From Octopus vulgaris (Eukaryota), in the NCBI GenBank assembly GCA_951406725.2, contig OX597823.1, forward strand, positions 26,970,001 to 27,034,000: 64,000 nucleotides of DNA, in the 5' to 3' direction. Positions 41,175 through 54,385 of this stretch are shown here, in pieces (position 1 is the first letter of the stretch; each line of letters begins with the position of its first letter). Both the position numbers and the translations under genes were made by a program. The notes below the pieces were generated by a model. It was not told the DNA's origin, made no database searches, and worked only from the letters and a program-made list of their open reading frames with translations.

Positions 41175-42893
41175 AATTAAGTTATCTTCGTTTATTGCTC
41201 AAGGACTCAGGACTCCTTTGCAGATAAGGAGAAAGACTATGCAACTCAAGAACCAAAGATAGCAACTTTTATGGATTACCTAAAGTTCATAAAAGCTCTG
41301 AAATACAGAGAGCTATACTGGAACAGTAGAACCACTATATAAGAATACAAAGGCCCGCAGACCTCACAATGGGACCAATAGTGGCAGGGCCCCAGGTGCC
41401 AACACAACAACTAAGTCACTTCATAGATGTACTTCTCAAACCTTTATGCCCACAGATACCAAGCTACATAATGGAAGACATAGACTTCCTCACACACATT
41501 GCAAATACAGTTCCGAAAAACACCATACTTGCAAGCTTCGATGTCATAAACTTATACACGAACATACTACTCACCCTGGGTCTGGAAGCGATAAAACAAT
41601 CGGTAGAAAAATACAGGGAACTCATAGATAAACGTTTCAAAACAGACTTTATCACCAAAAGCCACTCAATTAATACTTGAAGAAAACACATTCTCATTCA
41701 ACAACAAGACATACCGACAGATAAAGGGCACGGCTATGAGTACAAAATTCGCACCTTCATATGCCAACCTGGTAATGGGTTTCTTTGAGAACAAACTATA
41801 CGATGAAATAGGGAAAGTCTTCGAACACGACTTTCAAGAAAAAGGAGAAATGCTACCTCGATGACTGCTTCATATTTTGGAACAGATCAGAAGATCTACG
41901 AACATTCCACAACATCTTCTACCCACTGCACCCATCTATCAACTTCACAATAGATACCAGCTACAACGATCTCCCCTTCCTAGACATCAACATCAAGGCA
42001 CACAACTCCATCATTACAACAGACATCCACTACAAAAAAAAAACGACACACACCAATATTTAAATTTATACTCCTGCCACCCATCCCACATAAAAAGAAA
42101 CATCCCATATAGTATGGCAAGACGCATATGCAGCATAGTAACCGGCTCACAAACACGCCAAATGAGACTAGATGAACTTAAAACTTCTTACTAGAACAAA
42201 AATACCCCCTCAAACTAATATAAAATGGAATCTCAAGTGCAATGAAACTGGACTTCTCACAACTCAGAACCCCCAAAACGAAAAACAAAGACATTATCCC
42301 TTTTATAAACACACACAACACTGGAGTTACCAACATGTTTCAAATCATACATTCAAACCTACCAATAGTCCTACAAAGCCCCAAAATGGGAAAAATATTA
42401 AACAAATATTGCATAAAAAACAGTAGACGACAAGACAAAAAACCCGAAGAAACAACTAAGAGCGAAATTCTCATCAGAACCTAAAACTGAATTCTTTGTA
42501 AAAGAGTGCGGAGATAGTAGATAAGGAATCTGCAGTAACCCCACCTACAAATATATAGAGGGAGACAAAGAAATGAAATTTAAGAGTTGTCACATATTCA
42601 AAGTAAATGCAGACATGAACTGCAAGACACAGAACGTAATATATTGCATAACCTGCCCCGCATGCAAAGAGAATTATATAGGTGAAACTGGAAATTCTTT
42701 ATGCCAAATAGCCAGAATTCACCGACAACATATCCGACAGGAGGAACTACGCAAGATTCCACTGAGTAAACACCTAGACACATGTGGAGAAGGAAAATTT
42801 AAGATCTTTTCCTTCTACAAATGTCCAAAGAATGACACGTCCTTCAGGAGGAATATGGAAAAATATTTCATAACAAAGTTCTCCCCAAATTGA
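41175..42893 (+). mobile_element. Second Penelope-like element (Neptune-type, AT-rich family), frameshifted RT plus GIY-YIG
   Basis: FYGLPKVHK, ASFDVINLYTNI, KGTAMSTKFAPSYANL, YLDDCF, PFLDI, NVIYCITCPACKENYIGETG. Confidence 0.9.
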
Positions 42894-43143
42894 ATGGCTG
42901 AAAATATTTCTATAAGTTGTACTAGATGAAGGACCAAATTTGTAAAGTAAATTGTATTAAACACACACACACACACACAGTAATACACATATGTACATAT
43001 ACATAAATTAAAACCATCTTTAATCCAGATTCTCCATCCCATGTCAGCACAGGAATCAAACATTGGATTGAAAGAACTGAATAGCGGTATAAATATCAAC
43101 ACAATTATATCTTCTTCCCCTCTTTCTTCTTTCTTCTGTCCTC

Positions 43144-43186
43144 CAGATACACAGGCACCCCCACACACACGCACATACACACAAAC

Positions 43187-43279
<93 letters not shown>

Positions 43280-44340
43280 CTCACAAAACACTGATAAAAA
43301 GAAATCCAGACAATTTTTTGAGAAGTGATATTTTACCCCCCTTGAAGTGGCCAGCTAAGTTTGCCAATTTCTAAAAACCAAAATTCATTTACTGACCTGT
43401 TGCAAAAGTATAAACACACTTTTTTTCTCCTTTCTGTCCTCCTCCTTCCTTTCATTCCCCTTTCCCATTTAACACTTCTTTCAGATACACAGACACCCAC
43501 ACACACACACGCACATACACACATACACACACACACTCTCTCACAAGACAATGATAAAAAGGAAATCCAGACAATTTTTTGAAAAGTGATATTTTGGACC
43601 CCGTTGGAATTACCAGCTTGATTTACCATAGCTAAAAGCCAAGATTTATTGACAAACAGACCAGATGCAAAGATATCAACAAAATGTTTTCTTATTTCTC
43701 TCCTTCTTCTTCTTCATTTCCTTCTCACTTTTTCTCTAACAATCCTTTCAGATACAAAACACACACACATACACATACACACACTCACGCACACACACAC
43801 ACATACACACACACACACACACACACTTTCCCAAGACAATGATAAAAAGAAAATAAAGACAATTCATTGAAAAGTGACATTTTGCCCCCTCCTTGTATTA
43901 AACAGCTGATTTTGCCATCACTAAAATCCAAGAATTATTGACAAACTGACCAGATATCAACAAAATTTCTCTTCTTCTTCCTTTACTTCTTTTTCTTTAA
44001 CATCTCTTTCAGATACAAACACACACACACACACACACACACACATGCACATACACACACACTCTATGACAAGACAATGATAAAAAGGAAATCCAGACAA
44101 TTTTTTGGAAAATGACATTTTGCCCCCCTTGGCGTAAACAGCTGGATTTGCCATTACTAAACGCCAAGAATCAAGTATTATTGACAACCTAACCAGCTGC
44201 AAAGAGGTCAACAAAAGTTTTTTATTCTTTCTCTCCCTTTTCTTCCTTTCCTTCTTTTTCTTTAACACCCCTTTCAGATACAAACACACACACACATACA
44301 CACACACACGTACACACACGCACACGCACACATACTCTCT
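43144..44340. repeat. Tandem array of ~265-340-bp units, each containing a (CA)n tract
   Basis: Unit marker cagatac at ~43144, 43482, 43749, 44010 and 44275, with recurring tgataaaaa...aaatccagacaatttttt...gtgatatttt. Confidence 0.85.
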
Positions 44341-44619
44341 CTCTCACTTTGTCGCCATTCATCACCCTTTTGTACTATCTTATATCTCTCCCCACCACTA
44401 CACACTCAATAATGCTATAAAAAGAGTCAAAATTCCTGCAAAAGCTTAGTTCAATTTGAAGACTCCACTAGAATGGACCAAAGCGCTAATATATGATATA
44501 TGATATATGATGTATAAAAACATGTAACATACTAATAAATATATGTAAATATAAAACCATCCGGATTTCTGAGTACCTCATTTCTTCTAATATATAATAC
44601 CTGTATTTCATCTCCAAAC

Positions 44620-47595
44620 ACGATTTTCAGCTCTTTCTGTAGGGATGGTAAGCCTGGTATCATTTTCAAATAGGTTTTAGTACCTTTTTCTTTATCATTC
44701 CTAGAGATCCTACAATCACTGGTACTGTAGTCGCCTTGAGATGCCACATTTTTTCCAATTTCTATCAGCAAGTCTTTATATTTACTAATCTTGTCAAACT
44801 CTTTCGCCGCTATATTGTGATCGCAAGGAATAGTCATGTCAATTAATAAACACATCGTTTTTTTCTGATCTTTTATGATAATATCCGGTTAATTAGCTTT
44901 TATAGTTTTGTCGGTATGTACGGAAAAGTCCCAGAGAATCAACACATTTTCTCCCTCAGTCATAGCTTCTGGATGGTGTTTATAGAATTTGTCAGCGGTT
45001 TTGATTTTATAATGCCGACATATTGTCCAGTGTAAATACTGGCCGACTCTGTCATGTCTTGCTTTATATTCTACAGGTGCTAAGACTCTACACCCTGAAA
45101 TTTGGTGGTCTATTGTTTCAATCTCATCGTTACAGAATCGGCATTTTGGGTCAGCTCCATTTTTTATCACATTGGCTTGGTAGTTCCGGGTTAGTAAGCA
45201 TTGGTCTTGAGCAGCTAATATGAAACCTTCACTCTCCGCTTTTAGCCCTGAGCTTCGTAACCATTGGTGCGTGTGTTTCTGGTTGACATCAGCTTGTTTG
45301 CTACGGGCCACATACTTGTCATGCAGAGGTTTCTGTTCCCATCTGCTAGCTAATTTTTCATGCGCTTTTGTCTTTGCAATCAATTTTATTTTCTTTGCAG
45401 CAGCAGTTGGCGTATTTCCTTCAACCTTATCAATCTGGTAGGTATCTAAGAGATCAGTAGCGAATTTTTTGCTCTCTTTCAGAATAGAGTGAAGTTTTTT
45501 CGGTCTTTCATGTTTTTCAACAAGTTTTAGCATCCAATCGTTGGTTGTTTCAAGGCCAGTCCAATTGTGGTGGTTTTGTACGTAAGTTCAAGCTGGATCA
45601 AGCCTCGACGTCCCTGAGCTCTGGAAAGGTAAAGACGATCCACGTCTGCCTTTGGTTGGTGCATCTTATAACAAGTCAGTAGCTTGCAGATTTTTCTGTC
45701 AATTTTCATTATTTCACTGGTATTCCAGTTAAGCACATTGAAGCTATAAAGAACAACTGGTACTGCTAAGGAATTTATGGCTAACACCTTATTATATGCA
45801 TTCAGCTCAGACTTCAGGACTGCTTGAACTCTTCTATGATATTCCTTCCTAACATTCTCTTTCATGCTTGTATGCTGGATACCAGAGCCTTCATTTATTC
45901 CGAGGTATTCATAGGTTTGTTCCTGCTCAAGTTCCTTTATTACTCTTTCGACATCAAATTCGATTGAACTTGACTTTACCAATTTCCCTTACTTAAAAGT
46001 GGCTTTGGCACACTTTTCAAGGCCAAACTCCATCAAGATATAATCACTGAATCCTTTCACAATTTGTAAGAGTCCTTGAAGCTCTTCATCATCTTTGCCA
46101 TATAGTTTTAAGTCATCCATATAAAATAGATGGCTTATTTTCCTGTTGTCAATTTTGTAGCCATACCCTGTTATATTCAGTTCACTTTAGAGTGGTATTA
46201 GTGCTATGCAGAAAATTAGTGGTGAAAGTGAGTTATCTTGGAAAATGCCACAGTTTATGCTAATACTGTTTGAGCGCAACACTCCATTAGAATGATATAA
46301 TTGGATCTTCGTGTTCCATAGTGACATATTATACTTTAAAAAATCTGAATTCACAGGAGAAATTTTGAAAATGTCCAGCAATTTCAGAATCCACGAATGT
46401 GGTATGCTGTCAAAGGCTATTTTGTAATCAATCCACGAGGAGCTGAGATTTCTGCGCTTGTTATGGCAGTTCTCAAGGATCATGCGATTAATTAGGAGCT
46501 GATCTTTGCATCCGTATGAGCCTCGTCTGGAGCCTTTTTGTTCTGTGGGAAAGAGGTTATTCTCTTCCATAAACGTATGTTTTCTCCGCTAGAATAGATG
46601 TCAAAATCTTATAGGTAGTAGACAAACATGTTATAGGCCGGTAGTTTTGGGGATCTTTCGTTTCATTATTTTTTGGGAGGAGGTAAGTAATACCATTTGC
46701 CATCCAATGGGGAGTTTTTTCTGGGTCTTTCATAATACTATTTAATAGTATTACTAACATTTTGTGTGCGGATGAGAGTGATGAGTGTCAGAAATTTGGT
46801 ACTCTATCAATAACAGGGGATTTCCAATTATGAACATTCGTTAGTGCCCTCCTTTTTGTGGGGCGCAGTTGAGAATAACATAAAGTTCTCTCTTTGCAGT
46901 ACCAAGGCGGAGATGGTGGCTGCGATCAATGAGATGTTTGAAGATCTGCCCAAGAACACTGTCAGGGACGCATGCGCCAGATTCTGTAACCATCTTGAGA
47001 TTGTGGTGCTAGCTAGGGGCTTCTTTGATTATACTGTTATCCCTCATTGTATTGTTTCTCATCACTCCAGATCTCTTTCCAAAAGTTTTCAATTTCTTCC
47101 ATTAGGGGTGGATTTTCAATGGTTATTTTTTCTTTCCCTATTTCCCTGTAAAATGATTTGGCATTGGATTTGAACATCTTATTTTGTTTGTAGCATTTGA
47201 TTCTTTTCTCAAATCTGCGTATTCTCTGAGCTTTTGCCTGAACTTTTTGTTTAAGTCTTTCTTTCGCTGAGATTAGTTCTTCTCTTGTTGAGGGTCCTTA
47301 TTTTCTCACAATCTTCCTGCCTTTTCTTGATCTTACACCATTTCCTGAGATTAGCTCAGTGAATATTGATATCTCCCTTCGCAATGATTCAATTTCAGTT
47401 TCAAGCCTACTCCTCCAGTTTGATTTTCTTTTCGAATTTGGTACTGTTGGCTTTTTGGGCATTAAACAGCGTCTTTCGATTACCTTAGCAAGAGAGTAAC
47501 TAATTTCATTTAACTTAATAAGATCGGGTTTTAGTTGTTGTATGATTTCTTGTGTAACGCAGTTGCCAATTTTTATTTGTGTTTTATGTTGGTGT
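44620..47595 (-). mobile_element. Dong/R4-type LINE (family C), frameshifted, with an internal deletion and insertion
   Basis: NYRPITCLSTTYK, GCKDQLLIN, WIDYKIAFDS, GIFQDNSLSPLIF, YMDD, CRFCNDEIETIDH, RHDRVG, DMTIPCD. Confidence 0.92.
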
Positions 47596-48143
47596 GAGCA
47601 GTACATACCATCAAAGTGACACTGGGGTAAACTATACAAAGCCCCGTATACCTATCGTGACTACCTGTCTGATGAGGGCACACCAGGCACATACATCACA
47701 ACCACATGTGCGTGACGTAGTGATCTGATATCAAGATTAACAGCGCATGACCTTGCAGGTGGGGCCCAATTAGAATTTTCTTAAGGTCGAGTAGCCCATC
47801 CCACTCAAATGGTCCCTGAATAAAGATTATTTAAGGATATAGAATGAAACACCCATGTTTCCGAAGGTGAGTTATCCAAACCCCAAAGAATTCCTCTCAA
47901 CACATGGCTATGATACTCCCCCACTACTTCTGCTCGTGGTCAGAGATGCACATATCGTCAGCCACCAAGGGACATGCTCAACTGGTTAAGGTCAAGCAAC
48001 TGACAAGTACATCTGTGGTACTGAGCAGAATATTTGCTGTAGCCCATCTTTTTTACTAAGGCAAAACAATGTACATAATAACACTTCCAATCAGTTAAGA
48101 TAAGAAGCCATGGGAGCTGCTGCCTGGTATTGCATCAGGGTAT
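47596..48143 (-). mobile_element. ~555-bp (AAT)n retroposon fused directly upstream of the family C LINE
   Basis: Family sequence lacking its last ~8 nt and tail. It abuts LINE coding sequence with no microsatellite in between. Confidence 0.85.
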
Positions 48144-48175
48144 ATCATTATCATCATCGTTATTATTATTATTAA

Positions 48176-48253
<78 letters not shown>

Positions 48254-48299
48254 AAGAAACAGTTCATGTATTGGTGAATAGTTAACCGTATATGGTAAG

Positions 48300-49067
48300 T
48301 CTAAATGTTAAAGTTGCTAGTGTAAATAAACAAAGTAATTAACTGATATGGAGGAATTATGCGTATCAAGATAATTCCCGCCAGGTATCAAAATGTCGAC
48401 ATCACGATTACAGCTCAATGCTCCCTGAACACTTCTAAAGTCTGTTAGATGTGACATGGGAACTGCAACGGAGACTACGAAGCCGTGGCCAGCGGGAAGG
48501 GACTAACCGTATTTCTGACTGCGTTCGTTTGCCGAAATTCACCACCTTAATTTTGAACAGAGCCATATACTCAATTCAGCCGGCTATGTTAAGCTGCTGG
48601 AGATTGTGGTCAAATTCTGGTTGAAGAGGTTTGCTGCCGGTAGTCCATATGTGTGACAGCAGGATTAGGCACTTTGCCATATGTCCGGATAGGGACATAC
48701 GTGGTTGTCGGAAAATTTGTACGATTTCGCCAGTCCCAATTTCTGGCCTTCTTATTTTTCGATTGTAATTCCATTAAGTACTTTTTGTGGGGCGCAGTTG
48801 AGAATAACATCAAGTGTTCTCTTTGCAGTACCAAGGCGGAGATGGTGGCTGCGATCAATGAGATATTTGAAGATCTGCCCAAGAACACTGCCAGGGATAC
48901 ATGCGCCAGATTCTGTTACCGTCTTGAGATTGTGCTGCTAGCTAGGGGCTTTTTTGAGTATACTGTTATCCCTCCAGCCATAATCTAGTCGATATTTTTA
49001 CATTTCTTAAAATGTTTTCGATTTTTTCTTTTATGCAGACTGTCAAATGTAGCTCGAATACTTTATA
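48300..49067 (+). mobile_element. Deleted maT-like (IS630-Tc1-mariner) transposon relic
   Basis: WLSENLYDFASPNFWPSY (WPPxSPD-like), YFLWGAVE, CARFCYRLEIV...GFFE C-terminal motifs. Confidence 0.65.
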
Positions 49068-49100
49068 CATACGTACATACATACACTCACACACATACAA

Positions 49101-49167
<67 letters not shown>

Positions 49168-49214
49168 CTTATATACATAGATACACACATTCACGCATAT
49201 ATAAATACATGGTA

Positions 49215-50025
49215 GAAGCCAAAGCCGCTCATAATGAAAGGGTGTACTGGTAAAATGTTTCAGTGAAACCTCAATAGAATGTAAACACAATAAACCTGAA
49301 AATAATGATTTGGGGGTTGATGTTGTTTGTTCTTTCTCCAGCCACACCTGGCTCATAAGGCCGGTTTACCAGTTTCCTTGGCGTATAGGTTCCCCACCTG
49401 AACGGGACGCCGGTCCGTCGCAGGTGAGCTGCAAGATGCAGGAGGAAAGAGTGAGAGAAAGTTGTGGAGAAAGAGTCGCCAGAAGTTCGCCATTACCTTC
49501 TGCCAGAGTCGCATGGAGCTTAGGTGTTTCGCTCATAAACACACGCATCACCCGGTCTGAGATTTGAACCTGCAATCCCTCGACCGCGAATCCGCTGCTC
49601 TAACCACTAAGCCATGCGCCTCCACTGATTTGGGGATAGAGAAGAGAAACTGTGTGCAGATGTGTAAATCGGCTGCCCAGTGGATGCTAATATGAAGCTG
49701 AAGATCAGTGAAAAAGAGAATATCTACGCTTAACTATTGCGAGATATGCAATTACTCTATCCAGATTACACGTTCAGGTTTATATCTGTAGTTATTGGGA
49801 CACTGAGTTATGTAGCACTCTGCCTATATATTTTGAGAAATTAGGCTTCTCGAGACCAAAAAAGAGAAAGCTGGTTCGAAGACGACAGATCCAATCCATC
49901 AGGGGAGATGTAAAAATGTGTAAAATTTTCCAGATGTTTATCATTTACGTATATATGAGCATGTTTAGTTATGAAAGTATATGTATAACAAGACATTCAT
50001 AAAAGAAAACAAAGAAGTCTGCACG
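49215..50025 (+). mobile_element. Decayed 3' end of another REL-endonuclease LINE, interrupted by the SINE and ending in (CA)n
   Basis: CKHNKPE-IMIW / DREEKLC...IGCPVD...KISEKENIY...MQLLYPDY remnants. Confidence 0.55.
49316..49625 (-). mobile_element. tRNA-derived SINE (V/Meta-domain-like body) with 10-bp TSD
   Basis: A box tggcttagtgg, B box ggttcaaatct, cctgcgacggaccggcgtcccgttcagg block. TSD tgatttgggg at 49306-49315 and 49626-49635. Confidence 0.88.
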
Positions 50026-50336
50026 TTTACACACACACACACACACACACACATACATACATACATACACACATACATACATACATACATACACACATAC
50101 ATACATACATACATACATACATACATACATACAAATATACCTTGTTGTTTTTTCTTCATCGAGGAAAAAAGGGTTTTGTTGAGCGAAATTGCGAGGATAA
50201 TCTGGTGCTTAACTGAGGAAAGAAAACTTTGAATGACCCGTCCTTGTTTTCTTTGTTTCGTCTGTGTGGATGTTTTGTTGTCCCTTTTTGTATCACCTAG
50301 CTGTCCGGATGTTTTGCGTTCTTGTCCCATCGTGTA

Positions 50337-50375
<39 letters not shown>

Positions 50376-50653
50376 TATATACATATATATAAACCAATTT
50401 CAACGGATTTCGCCCAAATTTGACGTCGCTGTTGCTTAGTTTGGTTTGAAATAAAGAACTTGATTAGCTTAAGAATCCTAACTTAATCCCGGGTAAAGCC
50501 GTGTTATACTGTTAGTTATATATATGCCAAACATAAACTTGGAAATATATAATAATGCTACCCGGACAGTATTGAGTAATTCTGAGGATGGACGAGCTTT
50601 ATATTGTACTCTGCCACATTCCTAACGCAATGTACCATAACTCTCTCTCTCTC

Positions 50654-51707
50654 TCTCTCTTCGCTCTTATACGCCATTTGGTCTCAACTCTCTCCCCCTC
50701 CTCATCTAACCCCCTCTCCTCCTCCTCACCTACCTTTCCCCCGACCCCTACTTCTTCAGTCCTTCATCCTTTCACCCCTACTCCCCTTCCCTTCTTCCCT
50801 CTTTCTCCCTTCTTCCCTCTTTCTCCCTCCCTCCTTCCCTCTCTCCCTCTTCCTCTTCCCTCTGCTCCCTCACTCCCCTTCTCTCTCCCCCTCTCCCTCT
50901 TTCCTCCTTCCTCCTCCTCCCCTCCTCCTCCCCTCCTCCTCCCCCTCTCCCCCTCTTCTCCCCCTCCCCCTCTTCTCCTCTCTCCACACTACACCACACG
51001 ACTTTACACATCACATCATATATGATGTGCCATACTAATACATACACCAACTAGTACATACTAATACATACTAATACATACTAATACATACACCAACCCT
51101 ACACATACACACGTCCAGACCTCTCATACGCACTAATACTCTCTCATACACACACACACACCCTTATACATACTAATACGTACTAATACATACTAATACA
51201 TACTAATACATACTAATACATACACCAACCCTATACATACACACGTCCAGACCTCTCATACGCACTAATACTCTCTCATACACACACACACACACACATA
51301 CCCTTATACATACTAATACACACACCAACCCTATACATACACACGTCCAGACCTCTCATACGCACTAATACTCTCTCATACACACACACACACACACACA
51401 CACACCCTTATGTTGGAGCTGGTCACTCAACCCTATTATCTCCCCTAATTTCGCTCTCGCGTCTCATGTTTGATCTTTGACTTCTGGCCGAAATCAGATC
51501 GCCATGTTGGTTCGTTAGTTACTGCACGCATTTTTTTTCTCTCCTTCTTTCTGTGTTTTTTTCTCTCTGTGTATCTTTCTGTTGAAGAGCGTAGGCTCGA
51601 AACGTTAAAGACTTGTTTTATTTATATTTCCTGAGCGCCATACTAATACAATTGTTTGTTTGTTTTCCACCTGCCTTCGTCTTTTGTCTATTTTCATAAA
51701 GCTTCCC

Positions 51708-51709
<2 letters not shown>
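50654..51709 (+). mobile_element. 3'-terminal copy of the Penelope-like element at 22078-24442
   Basis: Reverse-complement match to 22078-23012. Identical hammerhead-like motif at 51574-51611. Ends at (TA)n. Confidence 0.92.
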
Positions 51710-51754
<45 letters not shown>

Positions 51755-52439
51755 TGCCTGTGTACGTGAGTGTGTGTTTGTGTGTGTGCATCATTTAAAA
51801 TATTTATCTACGAAATATTTCACGAAAAATATAAATACATCTTATGCCTATTGTATATCTTCGATATTCTTCTACTTTTCACCAGTTTTACAAATTATAA
51901 GCGTTGCATACATAAAAGATTGCTTCGCTGCAGTTCCATAATCTAGTCGTCAATTGTCTTACGAATTAAACAAATCTCGTACAAACAATTGAGACATCTT
52001 CGACGTCTTTCAAAAAATTTTCATTAAACTATCATACGAAAGATATCATTGTTCTGCATAACATGAATACTATCTCATTTTGTTATATAGCTCAAGTAGT
52101 GTTTGTTCAACGTGTTACATATCTAGAGAGAATCAGTTAATGATAGTTAAACTATTATTCTATAAAATGTCCGGGTTAGCAAGAAAAATATAGACAGTCT
52201 TTGAAAATAAATCACGTAACTATTATGTTTCTTCGTTTAAGTATTTCTTTTTCATCTTAATTAATTACTAGACTTACTCCTCATAGATGATGTTCTTTCT
52301 TTAGAGTATACATACATACATGTACTTCAACGTCCCTAATGTTGCATGGCCTTGAGGGCCACCTTCTTTCAGGTATGTCACCGCATAGCCAGAAGCAAGC
52401 CGAACCTCTGCTCAGTCTCATAAACCTATTGTTCATGGA

Positions 52440-54385
52440 AAAAAATAATGCTCCACCCAACAAAGAATGTTCTGGATCTCTACTTCACAAATAATACGGC
52501 GCTTATCCATAATCTTATGGTGACACTGACTATTTTCTCGGACCATAACTTAATAGAACTAACGATGCGTGGTCCACAGAAAACTTCAGACATGCAGGCT
52601 ACAAGAAAACCCCAATGCTTCGTCAGCCTAAACTTTCATTAAGCAGATTGGTTGGGTATTCAGAAAGAGGTCAGAGAACAAAACTGGTCAATCAGTCTCT
52701 CTACGCAATATATTAACATAACGTTGTAGCCTTCTGAAGATTTGCGAAAGTGTCTGTTTCTGTACTATACAAGACAGGGCTATTGTTTGAAGAAAATGGC
52801 TCACCGACTGCAGATCTCCAGAAGATAGGTTAAATACTGAATGTGCAATGCAAAAATGTTTCTACTTTTTCTACTCACTATTTGGGACACTTGCAAATAG
52901 CTGTGCCTGATGAGTCCTTCGGTAAGACAGTTCTACATAAAGAGATTGCAATTATTGATAACATCATAATATAGGAAAATGGTGTAATATCTGCCATTGA
53001 TGAAATGAGATCAAACTCAGCCACAGGCCCTGGTGGAATCTCAACAATCCTCCTAAAAAATGTAAAAGGGCTCTAACAAGACCACCACTGATCCTCTTCC
53101 AGAGCTTCCGCGCAAATGGAAGACTTGCTGACTCTCTAACCTCCCATGGTAGCAAATTCATGGAACGCATTGTCTGGAGTAAACTGATCGCGTTCTAGAA
53201 GATAATAACTTGCTTCCTGACATCCAGTATGGCTTCTGCTCAGGAAGAAGCTGTCTTACACAGCTTCTGCAGCATTATGACTGGATGTTTATACAACTAA
53301 TGAATTGCTCAAACATGGATGTGATATATCTTGATTTGGCAAAGGCTTTTAATAAGGTTCGCCATGGGATGATATGTCACCCGGTACAGCGACTCAGCAT
53401 AGTTGTAAAACTGGGAGAGTGGTTACATAGCTTCTTAAAAGACAGAAGCAGGCTGTGGCAGTCAATGGAACCAAGTCCGAGGAGACAACATTAGCGAGTA
53501 GAGTGCCTCAGGGGGCTATCTTGGCTCCGCTGCTGTTTATTGTGGCTCTTTCTGACATGCCATCAGTTACATACATAGTCACACTTACTATGCCGACAAA
53601 TATTCAAGAAACTTTCCGATGCTAATATTCTACAGAATGACATAATAGTTGCCATATATAGATGGGCTGAAGAAAACGACATACAATGTAATGCAGGGAA
53701 ATTCCAAGCCATCTGCTATCAGCTAGCCAGTGCTTACATACTGCAACAACGATACTTTGAACCAAAAAGATCAGCTATCCCACAGTGAATGATTTGGAGA
53801 TTGATATGAACAACGACTGCTCGTTTCACGTATATATCATCAAGATGGTGGAAATGTGCAGGCGAATGGCTGGATGGATTCTGAGAATCCAGTGCTACAT
53901 CAGGAGGATTGCATCAATGGAATAGCTGAGCTATTAGGAGAGACTGAAAGAACTACGATTCTACTCCCTGGGGAGAATGTGTTCGAAGTATGTAGTGATA
54001 TGTATATGGAAGATCCTGGAGAGGTTGACTCCAAACTTTGGTATCGAGAGCTATACGAACCTTCGAACTTGACGTCATTGCACTGTTCCAAAGTTCCCAG
54101 CTATGCTGTCTAGAGTGGGTACCATGCACTGCAGTAGCTTGAGATTGAAGGGCCCACAGGTATCTTCATGGAATAGAGGAATATGTTTACAAAAAACAAC
54201 TTGATCCTCTGTTATTGAAGGTCACAGACAAACCTATATCACGGCAAGAAGCTCAAAAGAGAGCAGCTTTGTCGAACTCCCGTCTTCATCAAACGCCAAT
54301 CGCATATGAATGTCCACTGAAAAGGCGATTACATTGGCGGTTCTCCAGCATGGCCGCAGCCTTTCGACTGAAACACATAAAAGAA
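52440..54385 (+). mobile_element. Decayed CR1-like LINE (APE plus RT remnants and 3' end)
   Basis: NVLDLYFTN...SDHNLIE, QYGFCSGRSCLTQLL, YLDLAKAF, VPQGAILAPLLF. Confidence 0.85.

Noticed and set aside
49550-49625. tRNA gene
   Set aside because: The A and B boxes belong to a TSD-flanked SINE head, and no complete cloverleaf is seen.
50485-50516. Helitron-like 3' hairpin and end
   Set aside because: The hairpin and CTAG are imperfect and no matching 5' end was identified.
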